From: an uncultured delta proteobacterium
GTDB taxonomy: Bacteria > Desulfobacterota > Binatia > UBA9968
Direction of reading: 5' to 3'
Assembly (NCBI GenBank): GCA_963760795.1
Contig: CAVXEP010000018.1
Location: 15,241-79,240, forward strand
DNA length: 64,000 nucleotides
Below are positions 19,594-27,507 of the stretch, piece after piece. The first letter of the stretch is position 1; the number at the start of each line of letters is the position of its first letter. Below the pieces are notes generated by a model. The model made no database searches. It saw only the letters and a program-made list of their open reading frames with translations, and was not told the DNA's origin. Made by a program: the position numbers and the translations under genes.

Positions 19594-19926
19594 TTCGGCG
19601 CAATTCCAAAGATGCTGATGAGTAAAGCCTTGTCCCGCAATCTCATAGATCGTGATAGTAAATCACACCTAGTTAACGTTGGTTAGATCGATGTTAGTCA
19701 ACATACTAAGTCACGAATTTGGCATCGGTTTCACATAGGGTCCGGGACACCCCTACTACTGTCATCAACTCGACTTGCCCTTGCTCCAGCCCTCGTATTC
19801 TTTCCAGCTGGCATGGCGCAATCGATCAGCCAATGCTTCTTTCCGATGTGTCAAAACAAAAGGGCAAGTTTTCACACCCGTGCCGACACGTCCCAAATCT
19901 TTTTGCGTCCTTTGCGTTCTTTGCGG

Positions 19927-20035
19927 CCAATCCTAACCCTTCATCCGAAACAACCGCATCGCGTTGCCCCCAAGAATCTTCTCTTTGTCTACTTCTGATA
20001 TCCTCTTCATCGCCATGATCGGTGCTATTGGCCCG
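19927..20035 (-). pseudogene. 3'-terminal remnant of an amidohydrolase-2 paralog
   Basis: Reads ...GPIAPIMAMKRISEVDKEKILGGNAMRLFRMKG*, against the end of the intact gene at 21989 (...IAPIKAMKGISEEDKEKILGGNAMRLFGMKS*). An in-frame TGA lies upstream. Confidence 0.6.
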
Positions 20036-20076
20036 ACTCAGGCACCACCTTGCGCGCCCATGCCTGTAATTTCCCC

Positions 20077-20916
20077 TTAAGCAGTGGAAACCGCGGGCTC
20101 AACCGCGGATGCCTCTCGTGGAATTTCCTCGGTCAGTTCCTGAGCCGATACGAATTTCTTTTTTAAAGTCGCCGCTCCGATGATAGTCGCGAATGGCACA
20201 TCGGCAGCGTCGCGGCCCATGCCGATGCGTACGAGTCCTGCCAGCGGGGCCAGTCGCGTGGCATCGAACAGGTACCAGTGATTTCCCAGATAGGCTTCGA
20301 AAAAGCCATGAAAGTCAGGCGGATCGAGGGCAACGGCGTAACCTGAAACGTAGCGCGCCGGAATGCAGAGCGCCCGGCACAAGGCGATCGCCAGATGGGC
20401 GTAATCGCGGCACACACCGGAGCGTAGGATGAGCACGTCACAGGCACCGGTCGAAGCGTTGGTAATGCCGGGTAGATAGTTCAGATGGTCGTACGTCCAT
20501 TGACAAATGGCAGCGACACGAGAATAACCGCGATCCAAGCGGCCGAACTCCGCCATGGCGAAATTAGCCAGCCGATCCGACTCACAGTAGCGACTGGGAT
20601 TGAGATAGGGCAGCACCTCCTCAGGCAATTCTGGATGGTCGATCTCGGGAATTTGCGGCGGGCTATCGACTGCGGGGTTCAAACTAACGCTCGCCTGATA
20701 ATGAAGCGTCAGCTCGCCGGGCATGGTCTGGAGGCGAAACACGCGATTGTCCTCAGCGCCGAGAGAGCAAATGTCGTATTCCTTGGCGGGCTCGACACGA
20801 ACGTCTTCATGGTGCACCGCCTGATGCTGCGTGTTCGCCGCCGTGACATGAAATAAGAAACTGGTCGGCGCTGTGACTTGATATTGCAATTCACAGCCCA
20901 CTCTAATTAACGACAT
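20077..20916 (-). CDS. Transglutaminase-like cysteine protease superfamily protein
   Basis: Cys-His-Asp core: GVCRDYAHL, DFHGFFEAY, WYLFDAT. It has the N-terminal bacterial transglutaminase-N type region. Confidence 0.85.
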   Translation of the reverse strand: MSLIRVGCELQYQVTAPTSFLFHVTAANTQHQAVHHEDVRVEPAKEYDICSLGAEDNRVFRLQTMPGELTLHYQASVSLNPAVDSPPQIPEIDHPELPEEVLPYLNPSRYCESDRLANFAMAEFGRLDRGYSRVAAICQWTYDHLNYLPGITNASTGACDVLILRSGVCRDYAHLAIALCRALCIPARYVSGYAVALDPPDFHGFFEAYLGNHWYLFDATRLAPLAGLVRIGMGRDAADVPFATIIGAATLKKKFVSAQELTEEIPREASAVEPAVSTA

Positions 20917-20939
20917 GATTGTACCTTAGTCTGATTTCG

Positions 20940-21665
20940 TTAACGAACATTTGATAAAAGTGATTTCGCCCAATCCATCGGAAACTCACCTAGAGCGACG
21001 CCCAAGCGCTGTTGCCACCACGCAGCGGCGGACGCCAGCGCCGGTTCATCGAAGCGCTGTTGATGAAGCGAGCGGGTTGACGGATCAAAAACAATAACGT
21101 CAATCGGGAAAGCAACATCGATAACACTCGTGCGAGTCGCATCGAAGGCAAGATAAGCCAACCCCAAAGCCTGGGTGATCGGGGTGCCGACGGCCAGCAA
21201 CCGGTCTAGGATCGGCCTGCCATATAGCGTGCGACCGAGGATAAAATAAGGCGAGTCCGAGGTCGCTTCGATCCAATTGCCTTCCGGATAAATATAAAAC
21301 AGTGTGGGGGTTGGATCACCGTCGAGCTGCCCGCCAATGATCGCGTGCAGATTAAAACTTAAGCCACCTTGGGCGAGCGCCGCCTCGTCTTCCTGACGGA
21401 CTCTGCGCAACTGTTCGCCAAACGACTGGGCGACCTGATAGAGGCGTTCAAAACCTAGGGCTTCTTCAGCGAGTTTCTCTTCAAGATAAATTACGGTCTT
21501 GTCGCGCACCGAGCGCAACCCCGAGGTCATAATAAAAAGCTGCTGCGCACGATGGCGTACCAGCGCGAGTTTACCCTTGCTGAGCCGTTCGCCTCCTTTA
21601 ACGATCTGCGTGTCGGCCAGCGCGACCAAACCCTGCTCAACTTTAATCCCCACGCAAAATGTCAT
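20940..21665 (-). CDS. Anbu-type proteasome-like peptidase (Ntn hydrolase, beta-subunit homolog)
   Basis: The internal start gives MTFCVGIKVEQGLVALADTQ, with Thr directly after Met as in Anbu/HslV/20S beta subunits. The longer 21743 start adds a non-conserved leader. Confidence 0.7.
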   Translation of the reverse strand: MTFCVGIKVEQGLVALADTQIVKGGERLSKGKLALVRHRAQQLFIMTSGLRSVRDKTVIYLEEKLAEEALGFERLYQVAQSFGEQLRRVRQEDEAALAQGGLSFNLHAIIGGQLDGDPTPTLFYIYPEGNWIEATSDSPYFILGRTLYGRPILDRLLAVGTPITQALGLAYLAFDATRTSVIDVAFPIDVIVFDPSTRSLHQQRFDEPALASAAAWWQQRLGVALGEFPMDWAKSLLSNVR

Positions 21666-21785
21666 TGTTGCCAATCGACTAGAGTGCCGATCGCGACCGG
21701 CAAGCTTATCCGATAATCTTAATAGATTGCAGACGTTATACAAGGAGGAGATCTAGAGCCCGCACTTATTGCGGTGTCTGGGCTC

Positions 21786-21896
21786 CGGCCGCGGTACACC
21801 AGCACATCGAATAAGTAATACCGAATCCCCGATGCCCTTGCGCGGTGATACTGCAGCAGCTTGAACGAGTTCTGACCGTCATCGTCGAGCGCGCCG
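21786..21896 (-). pseudogene. Short remnant of an ATP-dependent DNA ligase (LigD ligase-domain-like)
   Basis: The minus strand reads GALDDDGQNSFKLLQYHRARASGIRYYLFDVLVYRG, resembling the conserved ...ALDEDGRPSFQ.LQ.....YY.FDLL.LDG block. There is no ORF context around it. Confidence 0.4.
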
Positions 21897-21955
21897 CAAC
21901 TTTGTAGCGCTTTGCAAGTCTAGAATCTTGCTTTAGAGAAGCCTTGCGCTATCAA

Positions 21956-21995
21956 CTTTGCGCCCTATGCGTTCTTTGCGGCCAATTCCTAACTC
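21956..21995. repeat. TTTGCG(Y)CCTWTGCGTTCTTTGCGGCCAAT element
   Basis: ctttgcgccctatgcgttctttgcggccaattcctaactc abuts the stop of the amidohydrolase at 21989. It forms the start of direct repeat DR-B2. Confidence 0.7.
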
Positions 21996-23092
21996 TTCAT
22001 CCCAAACAACCGCATTGCATTGCCGCCTAAAATCTTCTCCTTATCTTCCTCCGATATCCCCTTCATCGCCTTGATCGGCGCGATCGTATTCGGCCAGGTG
22101 GAAATCGCGTCGCCGTGGTCGAAGTCGCTGCCGATAATGATGTTGTGGTTGGGCCAGACTTCGACGATCTGCGGCAGGTAATCCTCCCAGGCGATGGCGG
22201 CGATGTAGAGCTGATCGAAATAATCGCTCGGTGCGCGTTTGAGTTTGTCGCGCTTGCGGAAAAAGTCGTTCACCGAAGTCGTGCCCGGCGACGCGGATAG
22301 GGTGTGGTGGTTGAGGGTCTTCATCAGCCAGGGCACCCAGCCGATGCCGCCTTCGAAAAATGAGATACGCAGATCGGGAAAGCGGTCGAGCACGCCGCTC
22401 ATGATCAAGCGCGCCGCGCTGACCATGTAGGTCAAAGGAAATCCGAGAGCCGTCGCGAGCATCTTGAAGCCATCGTAACGGTCGCTGCCGACCAGCCAGG
22501 GATGGCAATCCTGCGCTTCGAAGACGCGCGTACCGGGATGAACCAGGATCGGCACATCGAGCTTGCAGACCTCTTCGTAAAACGGCCACAGCACCTCGGC
22601 ATCGAGATCGCAATTAGCGTGGCCGCCCATGAGCTTCACGCCCTTGAAACCTAACTCTTTGACCGCGCGGCGCAGTTCGCGGATCGACTCGTCGACATCA
22701 GGCAAGTAAACCCAGGCGATGCCGAGAAAGCGCTCGCGTCCGGCGATATCTTCGGCCACCGTGTCGTTGTAGGCGCGCGCCATGGCCACGCCGAGATCGC
22801 GATCCACTTCGTAGATCAGCGGCCGGTTATCGGCGATCACCACTTGGTAGTCGAAACCTTCGCGCACCATGACATCGTGGTGCATGTCGAGATTCCAACG
22901 GGTCTCGCTGAACGAGTGAATCTTCTTGCCGTCGCGAAAGTAAGTCGCCGCATCGCCGGGAAAGTCGACGCCGAAGCGGCTCACCGCGCCGGTGCCTTTT
23001 TGGAATTCGATATGGCCGCGCCCCGGATGATCTACCTTGTCGATAAAACGCACCGGCCAGTAATGAGTATCGCCGTCAATGTACATCATCAC
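21989..23092 (-). CDS. Amidohydrolase-2 family protein, paralog 3
   Basis: 367-aa intact ORF: MMMYIDGDTHYWP..., HPG..., FFEGGIGW, GSDFDHGD. Confidence 0.85.
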   Translation of the reverse strand: MMMYIDGDTHYWPVRFIDKVDHPGRGHIEFQKGTGAVSRFGVDFPGDAATYFRDGKKIHSFSETRWNLDMHHDVMVREGFDYQVVIADNRPLIYEVDRDLGVAMARAYNDTVAEDIAGRERFLGIAWVYLPDVDESIRELRRAVKELGFKGVKLMGGHANCDLDAEVLWPFYEEVCKLDVPILVHPGTRVFEAQDCHPWLVGSDRYDGFKMLATALGFPLTYMVSAARLIMSGVLDRFPDLRISFFEGGIGWVPWLMKTLNHHTLSASPGTTSVNDFFRKRDKLKRAPSDYFDQLYIAAIAWEDYLPQIVEVWPNHNIIIGSDFDHGDAISTWPNTIAPIKAMKGISEEDKEKILGGNAMRLFGMKS

Positions 23093-23125
23093 ACCTCGTC
23101 GTAGTTTAATCGGAGTCGGAAATTA

Positions 23126-23235
23126 CTCCCGCAAAGACACAAAGTCGCCAAGTTCGTGCGGGAAATATTAAAATTCTTGCGAATGCATTTCACGCGAATT
23201 ATCCGAACTTTGCGAGCTTAGCGTCTTTGCCGGAG
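23126..23235. repeat. 110-bp MITE-like inverted repeat
   Basis: ctcccgcaaagacacaaagtcgccaagttcg ... cgaactttgcgagcttagcgtctttgccggag. The arms are related to the TTTGCG element family. Confidence 0.65.
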
Positions 23236-23294
23236 ATAATCCGAGATTCGTTGGTCGTGATTCTATGGTTTGCTCGCCAAGAGATCAATAACGT

Positions 23295-24611
23295 TTGACC
23301 CACTTTAGTCGAACCGATACATTGGCTGGACTCAGAAACCTTCCGGAGCATAACAACCGAGTGAGCGAAGCTTCAGATCATTCCCATCCCGCTGACACCG
23401 TAATCCGCCCCTGGTCGTCCCTGCTGATCCGCGATTACCGCTTGATTTTCACGGCGATTCTTTGCGGCAACACCTCGAACCACATGCGCAGTGTGGCGAC
23501 GCTGTACCACGTCTACCAACTGTCCGGCTCATCGGTGCAGCTAGGCTTCACCGGCTTCTTTCAAGCCGCGCCGTTTATTTTTTTCGGCCTGTTCGGCGGC
23601 GTGCTCGCCGACACGCTCAATCGCAAGAAACTGATCGCCATCACCCATAGCCTCAGCATTGTGCCGGGATTGCTGCTGGCGCTGCTAACCGTCAGCGGTT
23701 CTATTCAAGTCTGGCATATCAATGTTCTAATGGTGTTTGCCGGCTCCCTCCAGGTGCTCGGCGGTCCGGCGCGCCTGGCGATCATTCCGAGTTTGATACC
23801 GCAGTCCCATCTGCTCAATGCCGTGACCATGTCGACCTTGGTGATGCAGGGAACCCAGCTCACCGCGCCGGTGATCGCCGGCTTCATGATCGACTTCTAC
23901 GGCCTCGCCGCTTCCTACATGGTCGACGCATTTTTGCCGCTGCCGTCGGTGCTCGCGGCGCTGCTGATTCGCGGTTCAGGAATACCGCAGGGGCAACGCC
24001 GGCAAATTGGCTGGCACAGCTTGATCGAAGGCGTCGAGTTTATCTGGCACACGCGGATCATTCTGTCGCTCTTCGTGCTTGATTTTTTTGCCGTGCTGTT
24101 CGGTTTCTATCGGCCGATCCTGCCGATCTTCGCCGATGAAATTTACCATGTCGGCGCGCGCGGACTCGGCATGCTTTACGCCTCCCCGGCGATCGGCGCG
24201 CTGGTCGGTTCGGGCATCCTGCTCGCTTTCGGCGACGTCAAGCGCAAGGGCGCGCTTTCCGTCATCGCCACACTGTTCTTCGCTTTGAGCTTAGGTCTAT
24301 TGGGATTGTCCCAATGGTTTTGGATGGGACTGATCGCCGTCGGGCTGCTCGGCATCAGCGACGCCATCAGCGTCGCCATGCGCCGCACCGTCGTGCAGAT
24401 CCTCGCGCCCGACGACATGCGCGGCCGCGCCACCAGTTTTCTCACCGTCTTCGCCCAGACCACCAACGCCACCGGCGCGGTCATCGCCGGCGCCGGCGCC
24501 GCGCTCATCGGCGCCCCCAACGCCGCGCTGGTCGGCTGCGTGCTCTGCGCCCTTACCGTCGTTGGCACTTGCTGGGCGATCCCCCAGCTGTGGCACTATC
24601 GGTCGGAGTGA
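23295..24611 (+). CDS. MFS transporter (EntS/enterobactin-exporter-like subfamily)
   Basis: About 12 predicted hydrophobic segments. GGVLADTLNRKKL loop motif. The start is uncertain (TTG 23295 or GTG 23361). Confidence 0.8.
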   Translation: MTHFSRTDTLAGLRNLPEHNNRVSEASDHSHPADTVIRPWSSLLIRDYRLIFTAILCGNTSNHMRSVATLYHVYQLSGSSVQLGFTGFFQAAPFIFFGLFGGVLADTLNRKKLIAITHSLSIVPGLLLALLTVSGSIQVWHINVLMVFAGSLQVLGGPARLAIIPSLIPQSHLLNAVTMSTLVMQGTQLTAPVIAGFMIDFYGLAASYMVDAFLPLPSVLAALLIRGSGIPQGQRRQIGWHSLIEGVEFIWHTRIILSLFVLDFFAVLFGFYRPILPIFADEIYHVGARGLGMLYASPAIGALVGSGILLAFGDVKRKGALSVIATLFFALSLGLLGLSQWFWMGLIAVGLLGISDAISVAMRRTVVQILAPDDMRGRATSFLTVFAQTTNATGAVIAGAGAALIGAPNAALVGCVLCALTVVGTCWAIPQLWHYRSE

Positions 24612-24631
24612 AGATCGTTTCGGGTCTAGAG

Positions 24632-24805
24632 AATCGGGGAATCTCCCGCAAAGGCGCCAAGGCCGCAAAGGTGACGGGCGATGCCCGTCATCCCGAGAGA
24701 ACACGAGGGATCTAAGAAAGATTTCTCCCAACGGTCGCAATGACAGTAAGGGCGATTCATGAATCGCCCCTACCTTTGCGCCTTAGCGGGAGGAATATCC
24801 GAATC
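24632..24805. repeat. Composite nested inverted-repeat element
   Basis: Outer arms are gaatcggggaatctcccgcaaaggcgccaaggccgcaaagg and cctttgcgccttagcgggaggaatatccgaatc. They enclose a GTCAT...AATGAC inverted repeat (24687-24744) and the hairpin agggcgattcatgaatcgcccct (24749-24771). Confidence 0.6.
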
Positions 24806-24807
24806 AC

Positions 24808-25248
24808 TTATTTTCCGACAATCTCTTCGTAGGTCGGTGTCGGCATGCCCGGCTTCCAGGTCGGATCGCAAAGTTCGAGCATGTTGCCGCTCGGATCGAG
24901 AAAGTACAATTCACGCCCGGTGAAGTGGCCCTTCTCACGATAGACCACTGCTTCGGCGATCCTGACGCCCTTCTCATGCAACAGCTTGGCACCGCGATCC
25001 CACATGTCGGGGCTGACCATAAACGCATGGTGCAAGCGGTTGTCTTGCTGCGGTGTGCGGGTCAGCGACTCTTTTCGTTCGCAAAGCAGAATATCGTGGC
25101 TGCCGGCTTTGAAGCAGGACATTTTTGAGCCACCCAAACGGCCCTTCGACTCGAGACCGAGAATCTCGCCGTAAAATTTCTCCGATTCCTCCAAATTGTT
25201 CACCGGGATCGACCAGTGGACCACACCTTGAACTTGTAAATCAGCCAT
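24808..25248 (-). CDS. VOC/glyoxalase-fold protein
   Basis: GGAGG RBS plus ATG 25248 (MADLQVQGVVHWSIPVNNLEESEKFYGEILGL); HHAFMV and FLDPSGNMLEL motifs. Confidence 0.8.
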   Translation of the reverse strand: MADLQVQGVVHWSIPVNNLEESEKFYGEILGLESKGRLGGSKMSCFKAGSHDILLCERKESLTRTPQQDNRLHHAFMVSPDMWDRGAKLLHEKGVRIAEAVVYREKGHFTGRELYFLDPSGNMLELCDPTWKPGMPTPTYEEIVGK

Positions 25249-25356
25249 CCGCACCTCCAGTTTTGTTTTGCGCATCAAACCATAGCACCGAGGAAAAACG
25301 CAACCGAGCCTGCTGGCTCACTACTTAAACGAACAAATCCCGACATTGATTTTGAT

Positions 25357-25441
25357 CCCCCCTTTGAAAAGGGGGGAAGGGGGGATTTTCGTATACGCGC
25401 TAACTTCAAATCCCCCTCAGTCCCCCTTTTTCAAAGGGGGA
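25357..25441. repeat. Two C5-6TTTGAAAAG5-6 type hairpins
   Basis: cccccctttgaaaagggggg (25357-25376) and ccccctttttcaaaggggg (25422-25440), downstream of the methyltransferase gene. Confidence 0.6.
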
Positions 25442-25458
25442 TGTTCTACGGCCTCGAA

Positions 25459-26694
25459 TCAAAGCTGCAGCGCTACCACCGTCTCCACCTCCGCGGTCTG
25501 CGGAAACATGTCGAAAGGCTGCACCGATTGAATGCGGTAGCCGGCCTGCGCGAGTTTTTCCAAATCGCGCGCCAAGCTGGTCGGTTCGCAAGAAACATAA
25601 ATGAGCTTGGGCGCGCGCAATTCCAGAACGGCAGCAAGAGCAGCGGCCTGGAAACCTTTTCGCGGCGGATTGGCGACGATCAGATCGAGCGGAATCAATT
25701 GCCCGCGCAGCTGCTGCACCATCGCCGCGGCGTCGCCGGCGAAGAAGCGGCTGTTACCCACGCCGTTGCGCCTGGCATTTTGCTTCGCCGTGGTGATGCC
25801 GGCTTCGTTATCATCGATACCCCACACCTGGCGCGCACCTGGAGCAAGATTGAGCGAGATCGGCCCGACGCCGCAGTAAAGGTCGAGCACCGACTCTTTA
25901 CCGGTGAGCTGCGCCAACTCAATCACATGATCGTAGAGTTTTTGCGCGGTGTTGGGATTAGACTGGGAAAACACCCCGGCGGGATAGACCAACTTGAGTC
26001 CGCCAATTTGTTCTAACAGGGTTTCACGCCCGGAGAGCATGCGGTTGACCGCGCCCCAGATGACGTTGCCGCGGTTTTCATTGATATTGAGGATTACCCC
26101 GGTCACGAAAGAGAATTTTCGCTGCAGCGCCCGCGCCAGCATTTCACCCTCGGGCAATACCGGATGGCGGCTAACCAACGTCACACTGACTTCCTGCCGG
26201 GCAAAGCTATAACGAAAGTCGACGTAGCGCAGATCACCGCTGTCGTCGCGCTCGTCATAGGGCACAATCCCCAACTCCAGCGCCCGGCTCTTCAGATAGT
26301 CCAACACCTGATTGACCCGGCGCGGATGAACCGGGCATGACGAGATATCCATCACCCGGTGCGTCTGCGGCACATAGAGTCCGGTAGCGATGGCGCCGCC
26401 GCTCTTGCGCACCACCAGCTTGACCCGCGCGCGATAACCCAGTCGGCGCGGCGACGGCACCACCTCGGGAATCGCCACCTCCTGCAATGTGGGAAACTTG
26501 CCAAAGGCCGCGCCCACCAACCCACGCTTACGCACCAGCTGTTCAGGATAGGGCAGATCGATAAACGGACAGCCGATACAGTTTGGATAGTGCCGGCATG
26601 GCGCCTGGTAGGGTCCGCGGTCCGCGCCATCCGCCGGCTCGACCCGACCGTGGCGAGCATTCTGCGGTCGGGGCTTAAAAAATCGCTTTTCCAT
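25459..26694 (-). CDS. RumA/RlmD/TrmA-family SAM-dependent RNA (uracil-5)-methyltransferase with Fe-S cysteines
   Basis: CRHYPNCIGCPF cluster plus a downstream Cys (SSCPVHP). SAM motif VLDLYCGVGPISL; PPRKG; nucleophile region YVSCEP. Confidence 0.85.
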   Translation of the reverse strand: MEKRFFKPRPQNARHGRVEPADGADRGPYQAPCRHYPNCIGCPFIDLPYPEQLVRKRGLVGAAFGKFPTLQEVAIPEVVPSPRRLGYRARVKLVVRKSGGAIATGLYVPQTHRVMDISSCPVHPRRVNQVLDYLKSRALELGIVPYDERDDSGDLRYVDFRYSFARQEVSVTLVSRHPVLPEGEMLARALQRKFSFVTGVILNINENRGNVIWGAVNRMLSGRETLLEQIGGLKLVYPAGVFSQSNPNTAQKLYDHVIELAQLTGKESVLDLYCGVGPISLNLAPGARQVWGIDDNEAGITTAKQNARRNGVGNSRFFAGDAAAMVQQLRGQLIPLDLIVANPPRKGFQAAALAAVLELRAPKLIYVSCEPTSLARDLEKLAQAGYRIQSVQPFDMFPQTAEVETVVALQL

Positions 26695-26805
26695 CGGGCT
26701 ACTCTATCGGTCAACCAGACACCGATCAATTACACCTAAACTAATCACCTGATGTCTGTCTCGGAAACGGTCGAATTCCCTCGCCATCAAGCGGAGAGTG
26801 GATTT

Positions 26806-26886
26806 GTCATGCCGGCGAAGGCCGGCATCCAGGTTCGATTTCAGTTCCAGTACAATAGACTGGATTCCGGCCTGCGCCGGAATGAC
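26806..26886. repeat. MITE-like inverted repeat (GTCATGCCGGCGAAGGCCGGCATCCAG ... CTGGATTCCGGCCTGCGCCGGAATGAC)
   Basis: Arms of about 27 nt each are near-perfect reverse complements, separated by about 27 nt. Confidence 0.75.
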
Positions 26887-26952
26887 GGACGAAGAGTTGA
26901 CTTTCAGTCGACCAATAAAGAACCCATCGGTTCATTGCCGCGGGTCAGCCGG

Positions 26953-27372
26953 TCATTCGCCGATAATCTTCACCAGCACGCGCTTTTTCCGCCGGCCATC
27001 GAATTCGCCGTAGAAAATCTGCTCCCACGGGCCGAAGTCGAGCTTGCCTTCGGTGATCGCCACCATCACTTCACGGCCCATCACTTGGCGCTTGATATGC
27101 GCATCGGCGTTGTCCTCGCCGGTGTCGTTGTGGCGGTATTGCTTGATCGGTTCGTGCGGCGCGAGATTTTCCAGCCAGGCGGCGTAATCATGGTGCAAGC
27201 CGGCCTCATCGTCATTGATAAACACCGAAGCGGTGATATGCATGGCGTTGACCAGCGCCAGCCCCTCTTTCACCCCACTCTCGCGCAGACAGGAGTCAAC
27301 CTGCGCCGTGATATTGACGAACGCCATCCGCGTCGGCGTATTGAACCACAACTCTTTACGAAAGCTCTTCAT
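26953..27372 (-). CDS. yjbQ: YjbQ/UPF0047 family (secondary thiamine-phosphate synthase-type) protein
   Basis: 139 aa: ITAQV...[21 protein letters not shown]...[13 protein letters not shown]...[13 protein letters not shown]. Confidence 0.85.
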   Translation of the reverse strand: MKSFRKELWFNTPTRMAFVNITAQVDSCLRESGVKEGLALVNAMHITASVFINDDEAGLHHDYAAWLENLAPHEPIKQYRHNDTGEDNADAHIKRQVMGREVMVAITEGKLDFGPWEQIFYGEFDGRRKKRVLVKIIGE

Positions 27373-27461
27373 GGATCGTCCTCCCCGTGGTTTGATCTCT
27401 AGCCCGATAATTTATACAAACTACTGAAGGCCAAGTCATAGTTCCGAATAGACGATTGCAA

Positions 27462-27495
27462 CCTTTGGAACAACTGGAACACTTGGAACGGTTTC
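27462..27495 (-). repeat. 9-bp CGTTCCA-type array (reverse orientation) in the 5' leader of the carboxyltransferase gene
   Basis: The plus strand reads cctttGGAacaactGGAacacttGGAacggtttc, followed by tttGGAGGatcaATG. Confidence 0.65.
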
Positions 27496-27507
27496 TTTGG
27501 AGGATCA

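Noticed and set aside
27373-27507. TPP riboswitch upstream of yjbQ (a thiamine-related family)
   Set aside because: No CUGAGA/ACCUGAUCUGGAUAAUGCCAGCG-type conserved boxes occur on either strand. The spacer is occupied by the 9-bp repeat array.
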